Assembly: GCA_039208735.1 (NCBI GenBank)
Contig: JBCCQY010000026.1
Location: 11,766 to 75,765 of the forward strand
Direction: 5' to 3'
Length of the DNA: 64,000 bases
Origin: Myxococcota bacterium
GTDB taxonomy: Bacteria; Myxococcota_A; UBA796; GCA-2862545
This document shows, piece after piece, positions 38,804 through 47,482 of the stretch (position 1 is its first letter; each line of letters opens with the position of its first letter). The notes below the pieces were generated by a model. The model was given only the letters and a program-made list of their open reading frames with translations, was not told where the DNA came from and did not search any database. Position numbers and translations under genes: made by a program.

Positions 38804-41418
38804 GGGGTCACCTCGATTCCCGCTACCATGCGCCAGGCCGGGGCCCCGAGTCCACCGGTGAGGCCTCGCCCGAGGGCCACGCGCGGGTTGACGACGGCCC
38901 AGTGGGTCCGCACGCCGAGGTGCGCGGTGACCGGATTCGCGCCGGGCGCCCCAAGACTCGTCAGCGCGTGTTCGGCATTCAATTCGGCGCTGACCACGAG
39001 GGGCGACGTGGTCCACGCGGCCCCGAGGGCCCATTGTAGGGCGGGGCCGAGCGAGAGAGGTCCAAGATCATCGCCCGCACGGCTTCGACCTCCAATGCGG
39101 ACTGCGACCTCCACCGGTCCCCAGGACGTCCCGAGCAATACGCCTCCGCGTGCGACAGGTCGTTCCGCCGAAAGCCAAGCCTCGGGTCGGCCCGTGGGGA
39201 GCCGCAGACCACCGAACACGCCGATGCGAAGGGCATCCGCAGTCCCAACCAAGCGGATGCGCCCCTGCAGGTCGAGGTCTCCCAGACGGGGCGAGGTGTC
39301 GATCTCGAAGCCCTGAACCCAAGCGTGGACGGGCAGGTAGGCGCCGAAGTGGGCCCGATCCGTGCCCACCCAACCCCCAAGATGACTCGTGACGACCGTT
39401 TGTAGAAGGGCCAGGTCGGGCTGCGTTGCATCGTCGATCCGATAGACAAACGGCTCGCCCGTGATGCTTCCGGCAACGGCAAACCCGTGCCGAGACCGGT
39501 CGTCGAGCGGCGTTCGCTCCACCACCCAAAAGGGACTAGCCTCGGCGCTTGGCGTGAATCGTGGCGCGTCGAGGGCGGTGCCGACTTGCGCCTGTGCGGT
39601 CAATGGCGCAACCGCAAGCCCACAGGCGGCCACAAGCCGGCGCCGGCGGAGTACCGCCACGGCGACCAGGATGAGCCCGATGTGGAGGGGGGACGCACCG
39701 GTGCGGCACGCCCCGCCGCCAAACGACCCCGGCTGGGCCAACGGATCTTGGGCGTCCGGGCGTTTGAGGGGCGAGCCAGCCGCGCCACCGGGAGGGTCCA
39801 GCGGGGCCGGGGTGCAATCGCCATCCTCGTCGTCGTCGTCCCGGAAATTGGGACGCCCGTCGCAATCGTCGTCCCCCGATCCCTCGTCGCGGTCGAGCCG
39901 ACCGTCGTCGTCGGTGTCGAAGTCGAGGTAGTCCGCCCGGCCATCTCCATCAAAATCCGGAGTGAATCGGTCGTATTCAAACTCGTCGAGCAAGCCATCG
40001 TCGTCGCTGTCGAGGTCCCGTGCGTTCGCGATGCCGTCGCCGTCCCGGTCAAAGTAGCGCTCCTCCTCGTCGGGAATGGAATCGTTGTCGGCGTCCGCAT
40101 CTTCGAAGTCTCGAAGGCCATCGTTGTCGCCGTCGGCGAGTCCCTCGAACCCATCGAGAAAGCCGTCGTCGTCCGCGTCCTCTTCGGTAAAGTCAGGCCG
40201 CCCGTCGTCGTCGGCGTCGCCCGTTCCTTCCACGCCGTCGATCAACCCGTCGTTGTCGGCATCGGGGTCCCGGAAGTTCGGAATTCCGTCGTTGTCGGGG
40301 TCTGCCAGGTCGTCGACGCCATCGGGGAGCCCGTCATCGTCGCTGTCCTCGTCCGCGAAGTCGGCGGTGCCATCTCCGTCCGTGTCGCGGGCGCCTTCGA
40401 TCGCATCGTCGATGCCATCGCCGTCACTGTCGACGTCGTCGATGGAGCCGACGAGCCCGTCGACCGGATCGACAATGCCGTCCCCGTCGCTGTCGACGTC
40501 ATCGCTGGCCACCGTGGGGTCGGGCTCGAAGGGGCTTTGCGCGCCATTGCCATCCGCATCCTCGACCCCGTCGGAAAGCCCTCCGCCGTCGGTATCCGCT
40601 TGGTTGGGGTTGGTCTGGGTCGTGGGATCGGTGTCGGCCCTGAAGCACGCCGCAGCCGTGTCCGCGAGCGGTGTCGTGACCCCCAATTCCAGACCGTCGG
40701 GGAGGCCATCCCCGTCGCGGTCGCACTGCAGCGCATCGATCAGGCCATCAACGTTGTCATCGCTGGCCTCGTCCAGGTCCACCACGCCGTCATCGTCCGA
40801 ATCCGCATCGTCGGGGGCGGTTCCTAATCGCCGCTCCATTGGCTCGGAAAGCCCGTCGTGGTCGGTGTCGATGGCCACGGGGCCTTGGGTCGGTCCCACG
40901 TCGGTCCATCCGGCTGGCCAGGCGAGGGCGGCCACCGACGTCGCGTGCAGCAGGGTCGCATCGTCGATGCCCAAGGTGGCGAGTTGCGAGCGTGAAACCT
41001 GAAGATCGATGGTGGACGGTGTGGCCCGGGTGTCGCCTGAATCCTCGTTGCCAATCACGTTCGCGGGGCCCCAGTCCACGACGTCAGGGCCCGGATTGGA
41101 ACTCAAGTTTTCCCGAACCACGAGGTCGAGGTCGACGCCCTGAACGAGCCACGCTTGTTCGTAGGTCGACGGGTCGCCATCCGTACTGATGAGCAGCCCG
41201 ATGTCTTGGTCCAGGCCGGTGGGATCGATCGCGACGCCAATGCGAAAGAAGACCGTGTCGTTGTCGGCATCCCAAGCCACCGCGGGGTCGCCTGCGAGGT
41301 CCGGGCCCGAGGCGTCGCCGGCCGGTTCGGCCTGGGCGGTGCCGATGGCGATCCAGTTCGCATCGTCCGGCCAGGGAGCCGCGGCTCCTGCCGTCGTGAG
41401 GGCGTAGAGCCACAGCAC
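38800..41418 (-). CDS. Surface protein with Asp-rich TSP3-like Ca-binding repeats, internal MYXO-CTERM-like segment and C-terminal beta-barrel
   Basis: Many DxDxDG repeats; GGGAC..hydrophobic..RRRR; barrel motifs LGDLDL, LRLPTG. Confidence 0.75.
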   Translation of the reverse strand: MLWLYALTTAGAAAPWPDDANWIAIGTAQAEPAGDASGPDLAGDPAVAWDADNDTVFFRIGVAIDPTGLDQDIGLLISTDGDPSTYEQAWLVQGVDLDLVVRENLSSNPGPDVVDWGPANVIGNEDSGDTRATPSTIDLQVSRSQLATLGIDDATLLHATSVAALAWPAGWTDVGPTQGPVAIDTDHDGLSEPMERRLGTAPDDADSDDDGVVDLDEASDDNVDGLIDALQCDRDGDGLPDGLELGVTTPLADTAAACFRADTDPTTQTNPNQADTDGGGLSDGVEDADGNGAQSPFEPDPTVASDDVDSDGDGIVDPVDGLVGSIDDVDSDGDGIDDAIEGARDTDGDGTADFADEDSDDDGLPDGVDDLADPDNDGIPNFRDPDADNDGLIDGVEGTGDADDDGRPDFTEEDADDDGFLDGFEGLADGDNDGLRDFEDADADNDSIPDEEERYFDRDGDGIANARDLDSDDDGLLDEFEYDRFTPDFDGDGRADYLDFDTDDDGRLDRDEGSGDDDCDGRPNFRDDDDEDGDCTPAPLDPPGGAAGSPLKRPDAQDPLAQPGSFGGGACRTGASPLHIGLILVAVAVLRRRRLVAACGLAVAPLTAQAQVGTALDAPRFTPSAEASPFWVVERTPLDDRSRHGFAVAGSITGEPFVYRIDDATQPDLALLQTVVTSHLGGWVGTDRAHFGAYLPVHAWVQGFEIDTSPRLGDLDLQGRIRLVGTADALRIGVFGGLRLPTGRPEAWLSAERPVARGGVLLGTSWGPVEVAVRIGGRSRAGDDLGPLSLGPALQWALGAAWTTSPLVVSAELNAEHALTSLGAPGANPVTAHLGVRTHWAVVNPRVALGRGLTGGLGAPAWRMVAGIEVTP

Positions 41419-41481
41419 ATCCGCCTCCGGTTTGCCAGACGGTCTCCCTATCCCACCGAGCATCCCGATACAGTGCGCCAT

Positions 41482-44400
41482 ATGATGCTTGGCCTGCTTG
41501 CGGTGTGGTTTGGCGGCTTCGTCGTACTCGCAAACCCAGAGGGTTCGGACGCTCCGGCGACCACCCTCCTCCACGACGTGGAAGTCCGGGTTGACGGATT
41601 GCTTCGGCTCACCGAGCGCGTGGTGTGGACCGTGCGAATCGATGATCCGGAGGCCTGTGCGGCGGGGGTGGCGGCGCCAGCGGGGTTGTCGGGGGCCACA
41701 GATCGCGGGGCGGTGATCCTTGACGATCTCTTGGTGATTCCTGATGCCTTGCCAGCCGGGACGGTGCTCACGTTGCGCGGGCAACGGTCTGCTTCGCCGC
41801 GTTTGCCCCATTCGGGCTTGCTCGTAGGGGTGCCGGGGGTTCCCGCCGCGCAAACGAGACTCTCGGTCACCACGCCCAGCAACACCGAACTGTCGGTGTG
41901 GGCCGATGAACGCGCCGTCGGTTCGTTTGTGAATCCCGATGTGCACGAGATGGTGTTCGAATGGGGGCCTCATTCGGGCGAGCAGCCGTCGCTTGCGAGC
42001 TACAGCACGTTCGCGAGTTGGGGCGAGGCGGGTCGCGTCTATCGCAGCTTGGTGGAAGCCAAGGTGGGACCAGGCCGCGAGCTGGGCAAAGCGGTAGCCC
42101 AAGACTTGGCCGGGCTGCCCGTCGTCCAGGTGGTCGAGCGAATGAACCAGCGCCTGCCTTTTGACCCCGAGCGCCCAGAGGGGTTCGAGGTCGCTCGGGC
42201 CACGCGCGTGCTTCGTGGGGTTGAGGGAGGGTCGGCCTCGGAGCGGGCCCTGCTGTTGACCACGATGTTGCGCACGGCAGGCTACGAGGCCTCGATCGTG
42301 TTGGTGCGACCTGCGTCGCAGCCGGGCCGATTTCCGGCGACCGTCGTGGCCCCCTTCGCGTATTCCGTGCCTGCGGTCCGCGTGACCCGTCCCGATCGAC
42401 CTCCGCTTTACGTCGATCCCGCTTTGCCCCCCGGAGAGCGAGGGGGACTGCCGGCGACGCTTCGTGGGGCCGAGGTGTGGGCCTTTGGCGAGGTGCCAAA
42501 GCCCTTGCCCGTGACGTCGTTGTCCGATGGGACCGTCGCGGTGACGTCGTCGGTCGCGGTTTCGGAATCGGGAATGGCGGATTTTGAGGCGGTTCTTTCG
42601 GCCACAGGCGCCGCGGACGACGAGATCCGCATGCTGCTGCGGCCACTGGATGCCAAAGGCCGTGAGGAGGCGTGGCGTCGCCTGGTGGCGGTGGGATGGC
42701 CGCAGGCAGAGTCTGTGTCGGTCACCTTCGAGGGGCTTGACCGCCCCTCGGATGCCCTGATCGTGCGCACCCGCGGTCGAACGAAGGCGTTGCAGACCAC
42801 ATCCTACGGTGTCTCGGGGACCCTTCCACCTGTCCTCGCGCCCGCGCTAGGGGCGTGGCTTCCGCCCCGGTTGCGGGTCGAAGAGTCGCTCACCCTGACC
42901 CTGCCCGGGGATTGGCAGGTGCTGGGGGCGTCGATCACCGAAGCGGCGTTTTCCGAGCGTGCTGAGATCGCCCGGACGATCGACCAAACGCAGGGTCGCG
43001 ACGGAGTCGACCGCCTGCGGGTGGAGGTGCTGCGCCGGTCGTGGGAAGCGAGTCCCAGCGAGGAAGCCGAGGCGGTGCGTTTTCTCAAGACCCAGGCGCA
43101 AGAAGGCGTACGGCTGGTCATTGCATCGGGAGGGCCGGCCAAGGCGGCGCGACGGCTCGAGGGGTTCAGCGGAGCCGAGCAGGCGGCCTTGGAGGGGCTG
43201 GGGTGGGTAGCGGCAGGTCGGGTGGGCCGAGCCCGAAGCCGGTTCAAGGCAGCTGAGCGAGGACCCGGGCTCGAGTCGCTCGTCCGAGCGGTCTCGTTGT
43301 GGGCACCCCCTAGCGATGAACGGCCGTGGCGAGTTTTGGACAAGCTGTCCCGCAAGGACGACCGTTCTGCGGTGGCGGTCCTTGAAGGGCTCGCTCGGAT
43401 CGGTGAGCAGACCTATGCCCGTCCGCTGATGGAGCGCCTCGCACGCAGTGAGGACCCCCAGGTCCGAACCCGGGTTGAACTTGTGAGAATTCGCTTCTTC
43501 GGGGAGCCCGGCGAGCCCCAACCGCCCGCGGAGGTAGCCGGAGACCGGCTTGCCGATCGAGAGCGGATTTGGCTTTCGTTGCACGCCTTGCGGCAGGGGC
43601 GCGTCGAGGCTGGACGAACCTGGGTCGAAGCCCTGGTCGACCCGTCGACGGTCGGGGCGCGAGCGGCACGGCTCGCGCTCTCCGCCTTCGATGCGGCCCC
43701 GCGACAGACGGTCGTTCGATTGGCCAAAGCGCTTCTCGCCGTGGCGCCGTCCGATCCGGAAGGGTTGGCGGCCGTGGCCCTCGCCTTGGCCGAGGTGAAC
43801 GAGTTGAGGAGTGCCGCTGCCGTCCTTCGCACGGCGGCCCGACGCGAACCTCGGGTGGTCGCGCGATGGGATGCCGTGGTGGCGGCAGGGTTAGCCGCAG
43901 GCGACCTCCCGCTCGCACTTGACGCCGCGATGCGAGCGCATCGGTTGCGCCCGGAGGATGAGGCACTCGCCGAGCGGGTGGTGGGTTTGGCCGAGGCCCT
44001 TGGGGAACCGGGCCGCGTCACGTCGACCTACGAGGGGTTGGGTCGGTCCGTCCCTCCGGTTCCCCCATCGCTCGATGCGCGCATGGCCACGCGGCCCGAA
44101 GCGACGGCGGCCATCCTGAATGCCGCAGCGCTCCGGGATCGCCCGGATCGGTTGGCGGCACGGGCACGACTCCGCCTCTCGGTTGGGGATCGCCTTGGCG
44201 CCGCCCGCGATGGCATGGTGTTGGCCCATCGCCACCGCGAACCGAATGGCTTGGTGATTGCGACCGCCGCAACTGCCGGCCAGCAGTTTGCGACCCCCCT
44301 GACCCGGGCGTTGACCGAGGCCGCTCCCACCAACGAGCGCGCCCGCACGGTACTGGCCGAGCGCGCTTGGATCACGGGAGACCCCACGCCAAAACGCATC

Positions 44401-44883
44401 GACGCGACGTCTTCGGATCGGTTGTCCCAAATGATGGCGTTGATCGAACGTCCGCTTTCCAGTGCCAAAGAGCTGGAAGGATGGCCTGATCCGGCGCCCG
44501 TGGCGCGTGGACCGGTGCCCACGACCCCGGCGGTACCCAATCGTTTTCTTGGCGCCCACCCCGGGGTTCAGGCGTGGTCAGACCACCGCGAACCGGTGGC
44601 CCTGTTGCAGGTGCCCGGAACGCTTTCGGTCTTGCCCCCTCCGTTGGGCCTTCTCTACACGCTCGACGCTCGGCCCGAACGGGACGACGCGGGCGTTTGG
44701 GTCGTTCGTTTGCGGGGAGGCGAATTGCCGTTGTATGCCGCGCGGAGGTTCGTACAGGGTCACACGCGCTATGGTCTGGGATTCACTCCGTCAGGGGCGG
44801 AACGTGCGCTGCGCCGCGGATGGTCGACGTCACCGAGAGACGCAACGGCCTCACCCATCAGTCCCGACGGTGACAACCGATGA
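41482..44883 (+). CDS. Large exported DUF3857/transglutaminase-like + TPR-like protein
   Basis: YSTFASW..A, ARATRVL....GSASERALLLTTMLRTAGYEA, LYVDP; Ala-rich helical repeats. Confidence 0.6.
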   Translation: MMLGLLAVWFGGFVVLANPEGSDAPATTLLHDVEVRVDGLLRLTERVVWTVRIDDPEACAAGVAAPAGLSGATDRGAVILDDLLVIPDALPAGTVLTLRGQRSASPRLPHSGLLVGVPGVPAAQTRLSVTTPSNTELSVWADERAVGSFVNPDVHEMVFEWGPHSGEQPSLASYSTFASWGEAGRVYRSLVEAKVGPGRELGKAVAQDLAGLPVVQVVERMNQRLPFDPERPEGFEVARATRVLRGVEGGSASERALLLTTMLRTAGYEASIVLVRPASQPGRFPATVVAPFAYSVPAVRVTRPDRPPLYVDPALPPGERGGLPATLRGAEVWAFGEVPKPLPVTSLSDGTVAVTSSVAVSESGMADFEAVLSATGAADDEIRMLLRPLDAKGREEAWRRLVAVGWPQAESVSVTFEGLDRPSDALIVRTRGRTKALQTTSYGVSGTLPPVLAPALGAWLPPRLRVEESLTLTLPGDWQVLGASITEAAFSERAEIARTIDQTQGRDGVDRLRVEVLRRSWEASPSEEAEAVRFLKTQAQEGVRLVIASGGPAKAARRLEGFSGAEQAALEGLGWVAAGRVGRARSRFKAAERGPGLESLVRAVSLWAPPSDERPWRVLDKLSRKDDRSAVAVLEGLARIGEQTYARPLMERLARSEDPQVRTRVELVRIRFFGEPGEPQPPAEVAGDRLADRERIWLSLHALRQGRVEAGRTWVEALVDPSTVGARAARLALSAFDAAPRQTVVRLAKALLAVAPSDPEGLAAVALALAEVNELRSAAAVLRTAARREPRVVARWDAVVAAGLAAGDLPLALDAAMRAHRLRPEDEALAERVVGLAEALGEPGRVTSTYEGLGRSVPPVPPSLDARMATRPEATAAILNAAALRDRPDRLAARARLRLSVGDRLGAARDGMVLAHRHREPNGLVIATAATAGQQFATPLTRALTEAAPTNERARTVLAERAWITGDPTPKRIDATSSDRLSQMMALIERPLSSAKELEGWPDPAPVARGPVPTTPAVPNRFLGAHPGVQAWSDHREPVALLQVPGTLSVLPPPLGLLYTLDARPERDDAGVWVVRLRGGELPLYAARRFVQGHTRYGLGFTPSGAERALRRGWSTSPRDATASPISPDGDNR

Positions 44884-44925
44884 TGTCACCGTGCTCGGCA
44901 TCGGCGTACGTTAATCGGGGGGCGC

Positions 44926-45531
44926 ATGATTCGCTTTCTCCAGAACGCTGATGCTCTGGCTTCACGCTTACGTCCGGCGTGGATGTGGGCCGGACAACTC
45001 GGGGTCGTCGTGCTCGGCATCCACCTCGCAGCGGACCGGCTCGATGACTACCTGGCACAGGCGCTGACGGCGACGGGAATCCCCTGGTCTGAGCCCCAAG
45101 TGCCCTTGGGACTGGGGACGTGGGGCGCGATCGCCATCGAACTGTCGGTGGTGTTGTGGGCGGGTTGGACGCTCCTCGCAGCACAGGGCGACCGTGTCAG
45201 TGACTGGAGCATGCTTTGGCATCGCCGCAGCATTCACACCGGACTTTCGCTCGTGGCTTGGCTACCCTTGGGGCTGGCAGGAGCCTGGGTTGTGGGCATG
45301 GCGGTGGAAGATCAGATGGCCAACTGGTCCCCGACGGTTGCGTTGGCGCTGGGGGCCGTGGCCGCGATCGCGGTGGCCTGGCGTCTTACGTGGACGGGGT
45401 GGGTGCGCGTGGTTTCGCAAACGCCGGTGCCCAAGCGGCGGGTCCACGGATGGCCGTGGGCTGTGCCCGTGTTGATTGTGGCGGGCCTCGCCTTTCGTCA
45501 TGGGCTGCCCATCTGGAGCTGGCTGCAGTGA
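44926..45531 (+). CDS. Hypothetical multi-pass membrane protein
   Basis: About 5 hydrophobic segments; overlaps start of next gene. Confidence 0.7.
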   Translation: MIRFLQNADALASRLRPAWMWAGQLGVVVLGIHLAADRLDDYLAQALTATGIPWSEPQVPLGLGTWGAIAIELSVVLWAGWTLLAAQGDRVSDWSMLWHRRSIHTGLSLVAWLPLGLAGAWVVGMAVEDQMANWSPTVALALGAVAAIAVAWRLTWTGWVRVVSQTPVPKRRVHGWPWAVPVLIVAGLAFRHGLPIWSWLQ

Positions 45532-46583
45532 CCACCTTCACCCAGATGATCGCTACGCGAGCGGCGTTTCCGCCGACGCGGTCGCGAACTCCGGTGCCGG
45601 GCGGCCAGGGCGGACTCGTCGATCTGCTCATCGTGCTGATGGTGATGCTCACCGTGGCGTTTCGAACGCCGGTGGGGGGCATGCTGTACTACACCGCGGA
45701 ACGCGTTCGGAACGAGAATGCTGAAATGCCCTCGCTTACGGCCTACTTCACGGCCGAAGAGAGTTGGATTTCGCCGTTCATCGGGGACCTCGAAGTCTTG
45801 CCGCCCGAGGAGTCGCCGCCCGAGCCCACCGATGCAGGAGCGGTGCCCGAGCCTTACCGCACGGCGGTCCGCGCCGCTTTGGCGGACGGTTTACCCCGCC
45901 ATCTGAAGGACATCCTGCGCGAGCGGGGGTGGCAGCCTACGCCCGCCCAAGCCATGACCGTGCTCGATGAACTCTGGAGCGAGAAAGGCGACCCCGAACT
46001 CGTGCTCGAACTCGCCGCGATCGGGGCCGAACAGCGGGACCGCGCGGTGGCCCGGGCCGTCGCAGCCGGTGAATGGGAGCCTGAACGCTACGCAGGGCAC
46101 CGACGCTACCTGCCCTCTCGTGCGATGCGGGATGGCGATCGATTCGTGTCGGGAGCCATGGCGCTTGCCACTGTGCTGCAAATCACCTGGCCCATTCAGA
46201 TCCCTCACCGGCTCTCGTCCGGCTTTGGCTACCGCATTCATCCGGTGCTGAAGGTCCGGCGCTTTCACAACGGCGTCGACATGAGTGTTGCGATCGGAAC
46301 CCCCGTCGTGGCGGCGCAGTCCGGCCGGGTGACCTTGGTGGGCAACAGCAACACGAGCGGCAAGTATGTCGTCCTCGACCACGGTCATGGCGTGCGAACC
46401 TCCTATTTGCACCTCGACTCCCACGAGGTGAAGTGGGGCACCAACGTCGAAGCTGGTCAGCTGATTGCGACCTCGGGCAATTCGGGCATGTCGACGGGGC
46501 CTCACCTCCACTTTGTGGTGCGCGTCGGTGGCCGTGCCATTGACCCGGCGCGATTCAAGCCTGCCAACGTCGGCGACGAGTAA
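45528..46583 (+). CDS. Membrane-anchored M23 family metallopeptidase
   Basis: GYRIHPV, FHNGVD, YLHL, STGPHLHF. Confidence 0.92.
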   Translation: MTTFTQMIATRAAFPPTRSRTPVPGGQGGLVDLLIVLMVMLTVAFRTPVGGMLYYTAERVRNENAEMPSLTAYFTAEESWISPFIGDLEVLPPEESPPEPTDAGAVPEPYRTAVRAALADGLPRHLKDILRERGWQPTPAQAMTVLDELWSEKGDPELVLELAAIGAEQRDRAVARAVAAGEWEPERYAGHRRYLPSRAMRDGDRFVSGAMALATVLQITWPIQIPHRLSSGFGYRIHPVLKVRRFHNGVDMSVAIGTPVVAAQSGRVTLVGNSNTSGKYVVLDHGHGVRTSYLHLDSHEVKWGTNVEAGQLIATSGNSGMSTGPHLHFVVRVGGRAIDPARFKPANVGDE

Positions 46584-46588
46584 AGCTC

Positions 46589-47473
46589 ATTCGGGTTCTC
46601 GAGCTGTTTGCGGGCATCGGGGGATGCGCCGCCGCGTTGGCCGAGCGTGAAGGGGTGGAGGTGGTGGCGGCCATCGATCACGATGAAGCGGCACATGCCA
46701 CGTACTGCGCCAACTACGCACACCCTGCCTTCCGCATCAACTTGGCATCGATCTCCATCCCGCGTCTGGCCGCGTTTGAAGCGGACGCCTGGTGGATGTC
46801 GCCTCCATGCCAGCCGTTCACCGTCCGAGGCCATCGTCGCGACATTGACGATCCCCGTTGTCAGGCACTGCTACACTTGATCGAAGCTCTCGAAGCGGTG
46901 CAGCCTCGCTGGCTAGGGCTCGAAAATGTTCCAGGATTCGCCGGATCGATCGCCCACACACGCCTGATCGCGATGTTGCGCACGCACGGGTACAGCATTC
47001 AGCAAGGGGAGATCTGTCCAACCTGGCTGGGCATCCCCAATGAGCGCCGTCGATTCTACCTTGTTGCGGAGCGCGGCGCGGCCCGACCGGTCGACTTTCG
47101 GGGGGCATTTCAAGCCCCCCCGGTCCGACGATCGCTTGCAAGCTACCTCGACCCCCACCCCGATCCTGCGCTCGTCGTGCCCAAGGCCATCGTGACCAAA
47201 TACGCCCAAGGCCTTGCGGTGGTGGATCCGACGGCTGCGGACGCCGTTGCTCACTGTTTCACCGCCGCGTATGGGCGCTCCTGGGTGTACAGCGGTTCCT
47301 ACCTAAAAGACGGGTTACAGATTCGTAGGTTTAGTCCAGCCGAAATTACTCGGCTGCTTGGATTTCCGGACACCTACCGACCGCCGGTTGGCCGAAAGGC
47401 CTTCAAACTGGTTGGAAACGCACTGTCTGTCGACGTTGTGAAGGCGATCCTGGCCGACTGGGGACCGCGTTAA
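46589..47473 (+). CDS. Dnmt2/TRDMT1-like C5-cytosine methyltransferase (probable tRNA MTase); start inferred at non-canonical ATT
   Basis: RVLELFAGIGG, MSPPCQPFT, ENVPGF, GIPNERRRFY, Dnmt2-type CFTxxYG..SGS, LVGNALSV. Confidence 0.85.
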   Translation: MRVLELFAGIGGCAAALAEREGVEVVAAIDHDEAAHATYCANYAHPAFRINLASISIPRLAAFEADAWWMSPPCQPFTVRGHRRDIDDPRCQALLHLIEALEAVQPRWLGLENVPGFAGSIAHTRLIAMLRTHGYSIQQGEICPTWLGIPNERRRFYLVAERGAARPVDFRGAFQAPPVRRSLASYLDPHPDPALVVPKAIVTKYAQGLAVVDPTAADAVAHCFTAAYGRSWVYSGSYLKDGLQIRRFSPAEITRLLGFPDTYRPPVGRKAFKLVGNALSVDVVKAILADWGPR

Positions 47474-47482
47474 TCGAGCGCC

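Noticed and set aside
39830..40870. GTCGTC/GACGAC-rich repetitive DNA (also 7250-7720)
   Set aside because: Explained by Asp-rich DxDxDG protein repeats on the minus strand.
46589..47473. Type II restriction-modification system
   Set aside because: No endonuclease neighbour and Dnmt2-type CFT motif present.
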